A stretch of DNA of 46,868 bases from the NCBI GenBank assembly GCA_046759445.1, contig JBHICG010000024.1, positions 1-46,868 on the forward strand. Reading direction: 5' to 3'. The DNA is from Candidatus Scalinduaceae bacterium. GTDB lineage: Bacteria > Planctomycetota > Brocadiia > Brocadiales > Scalinduaceae. Of this stretch, positions 39,607-46,868 are shown piece by piece; positions within the stretch are counted from its first letter, which is position 1; every line of letters starts with the position of its first letter. Under the pieces are notes generated by a model, which saw nothing but the letters and a program-made list of their open reading frames with translations, ran no database searches and was not told where the DNA came from. A program made the position numbers and the translations under genes.

Positions 39607-39772
39607 CTAAATTGAGCGATTTTTGTAGCAGCAACCTTCAGGTTGCGTAACTTATGTGTAATTGTCATAAACTCATCAGATGATAGGAAACGCAGGCTCA
39701 TCCCGTTGCAAATTATTACGGGACTTAAGCCCTGCGGCTACAGAGACATACATTAAAAATCGCTCAATTTAG
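39607..39772. mobile_element. MITE/REPIN-like element with 18-bp perfect TIRs enclosing convergent GTAG REPs
   Basis: ctaaattgagcgattttt / aaaaatcgctcaatttag; GTAGca-gcaacct-tc-aggttgc and gcagg...cctgcggCTAC inside. Confidence 0.75.
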
Positions 39773-39788
39773 ATATAAATTTATTGTG

Positions 39789-39931
39789 TGTGAGATGTAA
39801 GGGAAGTTCGTAAGAACGCTGCCCCGCAACTGTAATCGGTGACGAAATCTGCAAAATACCACTGTCCGCCTCAGGCGGATGGGAAGGTACAGAAAGTAGG
39901 AAGACCCGAAAGCCAGGAGACCTATCTTGCA
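39789..39931 (+). ncRNA. Cobalamin riboswitch 2 (compact 5' part)
   Basis: TAAGGGAA, GCCCCGCAACTGTAA, CCACTG...GGGAAGG and AGCCAGGAGACCT; tgtgagatg/tatcttgca P1. Confidence 0.88.
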
Positions 39932-39960
39932 TGTTTTTGGTATCTATTTCCGGAGGGGAG

Positions 39961-40704
39961 ATGAAGTTATATCATTTTTCTATATTATTCATGTTTATTT
40001 GCCTCATATGTGAAACATCAGTTAACCCACTTATAGCTGGAGGACCGCCACTTGTTACCGATGACACAGGTACACCCGGACATAACAAATGGGAAATTAA
40101 TCTTGCTTATACGAGGACTAATACTATTCATGAAAAAACCACAGATTTCACTGTTGATGCTAACTATGGACTTGGCGAAAGGACACAGCTAAATTTAATG
40201 ATACCTTATACCTATATAGACAATGATGAAGACGGCAAGGCTAGTCATATTGGAGACATCCAATTAGCAACAAAATACAGATTTTTGGATGAGACAGACT
40301 GGTTATTTTCTGTTTCTGTTACACCTACGATATCTTTGCCTACAGATAGTCATCGCAGTAAGCCTGACTTCTTCCTGCCGTTAGAATTTGACCGTAATAT
40401 TAAAAATCTCTATGTAGGTTCTCAAGTTGGATATACCATACATCAAGAAAAAGGCGTCAACAATGAATTGTTTTATGGTTTCTTTGGTGAGTATCCTGTT
40501 TCGGAGAAGATTGACGTTGTGGGTGAGGTTTCAGGGTTCTTTGTTAATCACGAAAAAGCTAATTCACCACAATTTAATACTGGTCTCAGGTATAGATTCA
40601 GTGATTTTCTTTCAGTAATGGGTTCGGCAGGTACTAGCTTTGAGGAAGGAGCAGTGGTGAACCAGATTTTCTTGGGTACATTAGGCATTCGGTTCAATTT
40701 CTAA
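39961..40704 (+). CDS. Putative small outer-membrane beta-barrel transporter
   Basis: Signal peptide; GPPLVTDDTGTP...WEIN, GDIQLATKYRF, alternating beta strands, terminal Phe; RBS before ATG 39961. Confidence 0.72.
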   Translation: MKLYHFSILFMFICLICETSVNPLIAGGPPLVTDDTGTPGHNKWEINLAYTRTNTIHEKTTDFTVDANYGLGERTQLNLMIPYTYIDNDEDGKASHIGDIQLATKYRFLDETDWLFSVSVTPTISLPTDSHRSKPDFFLPLEFDRNIKNLYVGSQVGYTIHQEKGVNNELFYGFFGEYPVSEKIDVVGEVSGFFVNHEKANSPQFNTGLRYRFSDFLSVMGSAGTSFEEGAVVNQIFLGTLGIRFNF

Positions 40705-40713
40705 ACTGATAAA

Positions 40714-41478
40714 ATGAAAAATATTTTATTAAGCATAATTATTGTTTTCACTCTTTTATTGTTGCCACGTGCCGCATATGCAATGCATATTACAGAAGGA
40801 ATTCTTCCACCAAAATGGGCTATCTTTTGGTTTATCATAATAATACCTTTTGTAGTCATTGGCATACTTAAAATAAAGAAAAAAAAGGTGAAGAGTACAG
40901 GATTTCTGCCATTGGTGGGAATAGTAGGCGCAGCCGTTTTCGTCTTTTCATGCTTTCCCGTCCCCGTAGTAGCCCTGAATGGCATGGCAACAGCGCATCC
41001 TGCTGGTACAGGAATGAGTGCATTGTTACTGGGACCCTTTGTCAGCGTTGTGATTGCAGGAATTGCATTATTCATACAAGCTCTTTTTCTAGCACATGGG
41101 GGACTTACAACTCTGGGCGTAAATATCTTTTCTATGGGAGTACTTGGTTCTTTTTCAGGGTATTGTGCATTCAGGCTTGCGCAAAGATCACATATGAGTC
41201 TTTTTTGGTGTGGTTTTTTCGCCGGCATCATATCAGACATATTTACTTATCTTGGCACATCCATAGGTCTGGGACTTTTAGTATTAGAAGGGGGGGATAC
41301 AACTATTGCCTCATTAACACAAAGTGCGAAAGCAATGTTAGAGATATTTGCCGTTTTTATGGCAACATCACAGGGCCCATTATGCATTGCAGAAGGTATA
41401 GTGGTGGGTTTGGCAGTTAAGTACGTTTATAAGGTTCGTCCGGATATTTTACTAAGTCTTAAGGTCGTAAAGGTGTAA
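40714..41478 (+). CDS. cbiM: Cobalt ECF transporter S component
   Basis: Leader followed by AYA-MHITEGILP; HPAGTG and LAHGGLTTLG motifs. Confidence 0.95.
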   Translation: MKNILLSIIIVFTLLLLPRAAYAMHITEGILPPKWAIFWFIIIIPFVVIGILKIKKKKVKSTGFLPLVGIVGAAVFVFSCFPVPVVALNGMATAHPAGTGMSALLLGPFVSVVIAGIALFIQALFLAHGGLTTLGVNIFSMGVLGSFSGYCAFRLAQRSHMSLFWCGFFAGIISDIFTYLGTSIGLGLLVLEGGDTTIASLTQSAKAMLEIFAVFMATSQGPLCIAEGIVVGLAVKYVYKVRPDILLSLKVVKV

Positions 41479-41482
41479 TAAT

Positions 41483-41564
41483 AATTGAGGAATTTAGGCA
41501 TTGAGGGATTCTGGAACTCACAAGAATCATCTTTAAATTCCTCAATTCCTTAATTCTTAAATTC
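41483..41564. repeat. Inverted arrays of 8-bp units
   Basis: aattgagg-aatttagg-cattgagg facing ttaaattc-ctcaattc-cttaattc-ttaaattc. Confidence 0.65.
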
Positions 41565-41572
41565 GCATTATT

Positions 41573-41902
41573 ATGTTTAAGTCCACATTTTTTTTTACAT
41601 TTTTATTAGGTCTCAACTATTCTATGGCAACATATGCAATAGATGTAGTCCCACATAATACCATGGAAGTTTCTGAGAATGAGAAAGTGGAAATACCTGA
41701 TGAACAAAAATGGACGGGAATTGACGTAAGCATAGTAGGAAAATATGCCGAAAAATATGGTCATCCACCAAGGAAACCTTATATCAACACAGATCAAGGC
41801 GATCTTTTACTATTTGTGTTCACCGTCGCAGGGCTTGTTGGCGGTTTAATCATTGGCTATAATTTCCGCAAACTATTTATTGAGAAGAAAGATAATCAGT
41901 AA
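41573..41902 (+). CDS. CbiN-like auxiliary component of cobalt ECF transporter
   Basis: WTGID..IV motif, C-terminal TM GDLLLFVF..AG..GG..IGY; located between cbiM and cbiQ. Confidence 0.8.
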   Translation: MFKSTFFFTFLLGLNYSMATYAIDVVPHNTMEVSENEKVEIPDEQKWTGIDVSIVGKYAEKYGHPPRKPYINTDQGDLLLFVFTVAGLVGGLIIGYNFRKLFIEKKDNQ

Positions 41903-41923
41903 GTGTTCGACGAGAAAAAATTT

Positions 41924-42014
41924 TTGACAAGATAACAGGATGTAGGCATTCTGATAAATTCCATAGAACGCTTAGATGATTTTCAAACCCTGTTTAGCCT
42001 ATTATCCTGACAAA
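41924..42014. repeat. CAGGATAACAGGAT inverted-repeat family, copy 2
   Basis: ttgacaagataacagga ... gcctattatcctgacaaa. Confidence 0.6.
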
Positions 42015-42036
42015 GAACAAATAAGGTGAGAAAACA

Positions 42037-42825
42037 ATGGGGATTTTAAAGCATGTTGTCACTGACCATTATGCGCATAAAGAGAATTGGCTGACGAACA
42101 TAGATGTACGGGTCAAGCTTTTTTACATGGGCACAGGCATAATCCTTAATATTTGTTCTAACAACGTCATAATCCCATCTATATTTCTGGCCACATCTTT
42201 AGCATTATTAATGACCATAAATATCCCCATAATAACTATCGGATTACGAATGCTGATGCCTCTTTTGTTTGGAGTTTTTATAGTTATCATAATGGGATTA
42301 CATAAAGGTGAAACGGTTGTATTTTCTGGCTCACTTTTTGGTTATGAACTTGTTTTGAGGAAAGAGGGATTATTAAGTGGCTTATTAATATTCTCAAAGG
42401 TGGCAGGGGGGGTGATGCTCTTGCTTTTATTGTCCTTTACGACATCAATTACAAAAATATGTGTGGCAGCACAATGGATGAGGATACCAAATACATTGGT
42501 TGAAGTATTGTCATTCGTATACAGATACTTGTTTCTGCTACTGGAGGAAGCAGAAACAATGATGTCATCACAACGAAGCAGACTTGGACACACAACCTGG
42601 TCTAAGACAATAAAATCACTGGGCACCCTGGGGGGGATGCTAATCATCAGGTCTATAATCAGAGCAGAAAGTGTGCACACTGCTATGATATCCAGAGGCT
42701 ATGATGGAGGTAGAATTCTATCAGTAAAACTTGCTCCGTTAGAAAGAAATGATTACGTTATACTATTATCGAGTGGGGTTGTTTTAATTTCTTTGTTTTA
42801 TTTAAGTTTTTTCATTTCTAACTAG
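42037..42825 (+). CDS. cbiQ: Cobalt ECF transporter T component
   Basis: IDVRVK, YRYLFLL, QRSRLG and AMISRGY motifs. Confidence 0.93.
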   Translation: MGILKHVVTDHYAHKENWLTNIDVRVKLFYMGTGIILNICSNNVIIPSIFLATSLALLMTINIPIITIGLRMLMPLLFGVFIVIIMGLHKGETVVFSGSLFGYELVLRKEGLLSGLLIFSKVAGGVMLLLLLSFTTSITKICVAAQWMRIPNTLVEVLSFVYRYLFLLLEEAETMMSSQRSRLGHTTWSKTIKSLGTLGGMLIIRSIIRAESVHTAMISRGYDGGRILSVKLAPLERNDYVILLSSGVVLISLFYLSFFISN

Positions 42826-42827
42826 TA

Positions 42828-43700
42828 ATGATTACGTTAAAAGTTGAAAATTTAAGATATAAGTATCCAGATGGTACTAAGGCGCTCAATGGTGTAAACG
42901 TTGACATGATGGAAGGCGAATTCCTGGCTATACTTGGCGCTAATGGTTCTGGAAAGACGACATTGCTGAAACACTTAAATGGCTTGCTTAAACCCATATC
43001 TGGTTCAGTTATATTGGATGGCAAGAATTTGAGTGAATTTAAACCAGGGGAGATCTTCAGAAGAGTTGGGATGGTATTTCAGGACCCTAATGATCAACTC
43101 ATTGCTCCGACAGTTGAGGAGGACGTTGCTTTTGGTCCTGCAAACCTCAATTTGAAACATGAAGAAATTATACGCAGGGTAACGAATGTGCTTGAATTGG
43201 TTCAAATGAGAGAACTAGCAAAAAAATCCATACACTCTCTTAGTTATGGCCAACGTAAAAGGATTTGCATAGCAGGAACCCTTGCAATGGAGCCAGAGAT
43301 ACTTATATTAGATGAACCAACCAGCGGTCTTGACCCTGATGGGGTCAAATCGGTAATGAAATTACTTAAAGACCTGAACACGGAACAGGGCATTACCATA
43401 GTCATTGCCACAAATTCCGTTGATCTTGTACCTGTTTTTATGGACAGAGTTGCAATTATGGATAAAGGCATAATTGTACAGGAAGGTATCCCTGAAAAAG
43501 TATTTACTGATTCAAAGGTACTCGGGGACGTGAGGTTAGAATTACCTCAGATAGCACAATTAATGGAGGTGTTGAGGGACAAAGATAAACTTCCAATAAA
43601 TGCCTTGCCTTTAACAATTGGGGAGGCAAGACAGGAATTGGTAAATATTATAAATGTAGGCCTAAGTGCAATTGTTAGCCATGAATGTAATACACCTTAG
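42828..43700 (+). CDS. cbiO: Cobalt ECF transporter ATPase
   Basis: GANGSGKT, FQDPNDQ, LSYGQ and LDEPTSGLD motifs. Confidence 0.95.
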   Translation: MITLKVENLRYKYPDGTKALNGVNVDMMEGEFLAILGANGSGKTTLLKHLNGLLKPISGSVILDGKNLSEFKPGEIFRRVGMVFQDPNDQLIAPTVEEDVAFGPANLNLKHEEIIRRVTNVLELVQMRELAKKSIHSLSYGQRKRICIAGTLAMEPEILILDEPTSGLDPDGVKSVMKLLKDLNTEQGITIVIATNSVDLVPVFMDRVAIMDKGIIVQEGIPEKVFTDSKVLGDVRLELPQIAQLMEVLRDKDKLPINALPLTIGEARQELVNIINVGLSAIVSHECNTP

Positions 43701-43752
43701 ATACGTAAATGGAACACTTATATAAAAACCGTGTAAATTTCTATTTAGTGAA

Positions 43753-44742
43753 ATGCAACTAATAACTGCAAGAATAACTATATTCCCTCCATTCAGAACA
43801 TGTATTAAAGAAGGTGAATTATATGAACCTATTGAAAAGAAATTATCTAGCGGAGGAAAAGTAGTTGTTAATCCATTTGAGTATTTGGGAACAAATACAA
43901 AGATAGAAATTGGAAATTATGTAGATAATTTTAGGAAAATAAGAATAGATATTACTTTACCTATAGAATCAAGAGGGATTAATTTTGCTAAAAAAAAGCA
44001 ACAACAACCCTTTCTTGAAATGGCAGATAAATATTTAAATTTATTCTTGTTGCATTGTAAAACGAAATCAGGACAGTTTTGGTGGGAACCGATTTTTTTA
44101 AACAGTTTCAATAGAAGTCAGATCTGGTATGAAATTCAATTTATCGAAGAGAAAGGCAAACTTTTATATGAGGAAAAAGGTAGTACTGGTGGTATAAATC
44201 CTGTTGGGTTAGAAATTAATAAGTTAATTTGGGATAATATATCAATTGATATCGAGAATGACACAACTTTAAGTATGGTTGATTATTACTTCGAACAAGC
44301 AAGGGCAGGCGTATTTTTCAAGGAGATTCAATTGGTTGTAATTAACTCTGCATTTTCCTTTGAGTTTTATGTTTCACGATTTTGTAATGAATATGCTAAG
44401 AAAATAAGAATACAAGGTGATCCTTCATTACGAAGTTTTATTGAAAATAAATATGGATTTGTAGATAGATATTTTAATAAAGTTATACCATTTTTAGCAA
44501 ATAAAGATCTTTGTAAAGAAGATAGTAATAAATATTGGTTAATCGATTATCTATTCCAAACAAGGAATAAGATTGTACATACAGGAGAATGTTACTATAA
44601 AGATAAAAAAGGTGAAAAATGTATAACAGATTATAATAAAGCTCATGAGTTTTTTTTGACAACAATAGATGTTATGGAATGGATAAGAAAAATTGATTCC
44701 TCCATTGCCGAGAAATTAAAATGTTCTATTGGTATAAATTAA
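43753..44742 (+). CDS. Hypothetical protein with HEPN-like RxxxxH motif
   Basis: C-terminal helical region with SAFSFE and TRNKIVHTG; visibly AT-richer than neighbours. Confidence 0.65.
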   Translation: MQLITARITIFPPFRTCIKEGELYEPIEKKLSSGGKVVVNPFEYLGTNTKIEIGNYVDNFRKIRIDITLPIESRGINFAKKKQQQPFLEMADKYLNLFLLHCKTKSGQFWWEPIFLNSFNRSQIWYEIQFIEEKGKLLYEEKGSTGGINPVGLEINKLIWDNISIDIENDTTLSMVDYYFEQARAGVFFKEIQLVVINSAFSFEFYVSRFCNEYAKKIRIQGDPSLRSFIENKYGFVDRYFNKVIPFLANKDLCKEDSNKYWLIDYLFQTRNKIVHTGECYYKDKKGEKCITDYNKAHEFFLTTIDVMEWIRKIDSSIAEKLKCSIGIN

Positions 44743-44770
44743 ACAGGACAAATCCTGTTATCCAGTCTAA
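44743..44770. repeat. CAGGATAACAGGAT family, truncated copy 3
   Basis: acagga-caaa-tcctgttatccagtctaa directly after the HEPN-like gene stop. Confidence 0.55.
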
Positions 44771-44794
44771 TATTTTCTTAATGAGGTTGCGAGA

Positions 44795-45925
44795 ATGATT
44801 AATGGACACGGTGGTAACATAAATAAATTATGCAATGCTTATGGGCTTAATCCGGATGAAGTTATAGATTTCAGTGCAAGCATAAACCCCCTTGGTTATC
44901 CAAATAGTGTCCGCAAGGTTATTTTGGAACGATTCGATGATATCCTGAATTATCCGGATAGCGAATGTACAAATCTAAGAAAGGCCATTGCAGAGAAACA
45001 CTCTTGTAACGAGTCAAACATAATTGTTGGCAACGGTTCAAACGAACTTTTTTATCTAATACCACGAGCCCTCAAACCAAAACAGGGCATTATTCTGCAA
45101 CCTACATTCAGTGAGTTTAAGGATGCATTGCTCAATGCAAACACAGACGTTATTGAGATCATAAATGATATAAACAAAGAACTTTCATTTGATTTGAATA
45201 ATACAAGACTAAGAAGCTTCAAAGAGGGAATTGTTTTTTTATGCAATCCAAATAATCCCACCGGACAGCTTATTAAAAAGAATAAAATACTTAAACTCGC
45301 AAAGGACGACTCAAAAAGATTAATAGTAGTAGATGAGGCATTCATGGATTTTGTTGAGGATGCCGAAAAGTATAGTGTAATAAAAGAGGCTCACTTGATG
45401 CGAAACCTTATCGTAGTTCGATCGTTAACAAAATTTTACGGTTTTCCCGGACTCAGGCTTGGATACCTGATTGCATGTGAAACGATTACCAAAAAAATAT
45501 TACCGTTTAAAGAGCCATGGACGGTTAATGCGCTTGCACAGGTTGCGGGTCAGGTTGCCGTAAATGATAAGGAGTTTGCCTTCAATACAAAAAAGTTTAT
45601 TTCAGTAGAAAAGGTGTTCTTATATGAAGGTCTTACTAAGATTGATGGCTTACATCCATTTTATCCATCTGCTAATTTTATACTGGTAAGGATTGACAAT
45701 GACGGAATCAAATCTTCAAGAATCCATGATCTCTTGATAAAGGATAAAATTGCTATCAGAGATTGTTCAAATTTTGTTGGTTTGAACGATAGGTATTTTC
45801 GTGTTGCAGCTAGAACTAGAGAAGAAAATCAAAGACTCTTGAGTGCATTGAAGCTGGCTACGGATTACAGAATTTCTGAGGGAACAAGTCGGAGAGGTTT
45901 TGCACAGGAATTTGTTGCCGGATAA
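44795..45925 (+). CDS. cobD: Threonine-phosphate decarboxylase
   Basis: HGGN, DFSASINPLG, CNPNNPTG, VDEAFMDF and SLTKFYGFPGLRLGY motifs. Confidence 0.93.
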   Translation: MINGHGGNINKLCNAYGLNPDEVIDFSASINPLGYPNSVRKVILERFDDILNYPDSECTNLRKAIAEKHSCNESNIIVGNGSNELFYLIPRALKPKQGIILQPTFSEFKDALLNANTDVIEIINDINKELSFDLNNTRLRSFKEGIVFLCNPNNPTGQLIKKNKILKLAKDDSKRLIVVDEAFMDFVEDAEKYSVIKEAHLMRNLIVVRSLTKFYGFPGLRLGYLIACETITKKILPFKEPWTVNALAQVAGQVAVNDKEFAFNTKKFISVEKVFLYEGLTKIDGLHPFYPSANFILVRIDNDGIKSSRIHDLLIKDKIAIRDCSNFVGLNDRYFRVAARTREENQRLLSALKLATDYRISEGTSRRGFAQEFVAG

Positions 45926-46223
45926 ATGATTTTATTTTGTTCTTGATCTTCATCAGTGATGATAACAATGAATTGAGCAGTTTATCTGCTCAAATGACTG
46001 GCTGTGGACTTTAATCCACACTGCAATATATTGCCAGTTAATTTCTAATTCTGGCTTACGGTTGTAATAAGTTTCCTGCTCTTATAAACTTCGCAAATCG
46101 CTGTCCCCAGTCCAACCGGTCTATGTTAAGATTAATTACATTTATTTGTGATATTTGTCAACTTCCCCTGGAGTTTCTCTGGCTAATAGTTGATTCTTGT
46201 TAGCTATTGTTATATTTACGACA

Positions 46224-46245
46224 AATAGGGACAACTGTCCCTATT
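46224..46245. repeat. Perfect palindrome between convergent genes
   Basis: aatagggaca-ac-tgtccctatt. Confidence 0.55.
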
Positions 46246-46258
46246 ATTGCCATGGATT

Positions 46259-46798
46259 CTAATTTTTATCAATAATTCCCATAGCATTATTTCTAAATTC
46301 TAATGGATCATCTATATTTGGAATTGGTGTTTTTCCACCACCTGTACCTTGAATAATAATAGTACCAGAATTAAGTATTCTTTGAATAATACTTTGCTGA
46401 ACCATAAAGCTCTCTACTTTATTATGATTTAATTCAATTGTATCTCTCTTAACAAAACCAAATTTTGCAATAACTCTTTTTGTTGTTACGACCAATTCTG
46501 TAGATATTTTAAAAATAAATGATTTAATCAAATTAATTAATCCAAAAATTATAAATATTCCACCAAATATAAATGGACAAATCCAATATTTGACTAAAAA
46601 TATTATCATTTCATGTGGTATATTAATATTCTGATTAAATTTAGATAAAACAATAATCCCTTTCGCAGATAATGTTATCATGATTATAATTGCACCTATT
46701 AAAACTGTTATAATTCCACGCACATAAATTGACCAATGTATTTTAGCCTTATATACAACTTCTTCGGATGGCATTAAATTTTTTTCAACATAACCCAT
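46259..46798 (-). CDS. bPH_2 (DUF304-type) membrane protein
   Basis: MGYVEKNL..SEEVVY.AKIHW, 2 TM, TELVVTTKRVIAKFG...QRILNSGTIII; AAGGAG RBS before ATG 46798. Confidence 0.88.
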   Translation of the reverse strand: MGYVEKNLMPSEEVVYKAKIHWSIYVRGIITVLIGAIIIMITLSAKGIIVLSKFNQNINIPHEMIIFLVKYWICPFIFGGIFIIFGLINLIKSFIFKISTELVVTTKRVIAKFGFVKRDTIELNHNKVESFMVQQSIIQRILNSGTIIIQGTGGGKTPIPNIDDPLEFRNNAMGIIDKN

Positions 46799-46814
46799 CT
46801 CAACTCCTTTTTCC

Positions 46815-46868
46815 ACCGGATAGGTCACGGGCATTGCTGCCCGATTCCCTCCTAAGAACTGTACGTGA
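46815..46868 (-). mobile_element. Group II intron 3' end (3' half of domain V + domain VI)
   Basis: Minus strand tcacgtacagttcttaggaggg-aatcgggca-gcaa-tgcccg-tgacctatccggt matches the cacgtacggttc...gaggg...cctacccgac pattern. Confidence 0.8.

Noticed and set aside
40701..41420. Overlapping 179-aa and 156-aa ORFs (and the many similar antisense/alternate-frame ORFs in the track)
   Set aside because: Shadows of well-supported genes such as cbiM.
45926..46220. Possible attC site or gene remnant after cobD
   Set aside because: No convincing RYYYAAC...GTTRRRY pairing and no recognisable translation.
46799..46834. N-terminal extension MPVTYPVEKGVE of the last ORF
   Set aside because: It derives from intron domain VI and the RBS region; ATG 46798 has the proper SD.

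Overview
AT-rich bacterial chromosomal window. Gene content and base composition suggest an anammox planctomycete such as Ca. Scalindua (inference, not shown by any marker gene here). Left arm: 5' part of typA, a VOC protein, a REC-HDOD regulator, a cNMP-GAF-degenerate sigma54 AAA-membrane 4Fe-4S fusion, yjbQ, a HicB remnant and a GT9 glycosyltransferase. Centre (14449-29534, minus strand): a ten-gene cluster. It begins with an ECF sigma factor that apparently starts at a CTG codon, so the ORF track truncates it. A soluble zf-HC2 anti-sigma and a membrane-anchored CHAT (caspase-like) protease with periplasmic TPR and FlgO/CsgG-like domains follow. The remaining genes encode envelope proteins (LPP20/FlgP-like, FlgO-like, NHL-TPR, FlgT-N-like, TPR/SH3 and others). 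This cluster is the best candidate for an undescribed protease-gated, trans-envelope signalling system. Right arm: recN, a slyD pseudogene, an RRM protein, a ScdA_N/NnrS-like fusion, cobO, thyX, a core methionine synthase, tandem cobalamin riboswitches ahead of an outer-membrane barrel plus cbiMNQO and cobD, an inserted HEPN-motif gene, and the 3' end of a group II intron at the window edge. Intergenic DNA holds several nested MITE/REP-like hairpin families. No CRISPR array, rRNA or tRNA was seen.
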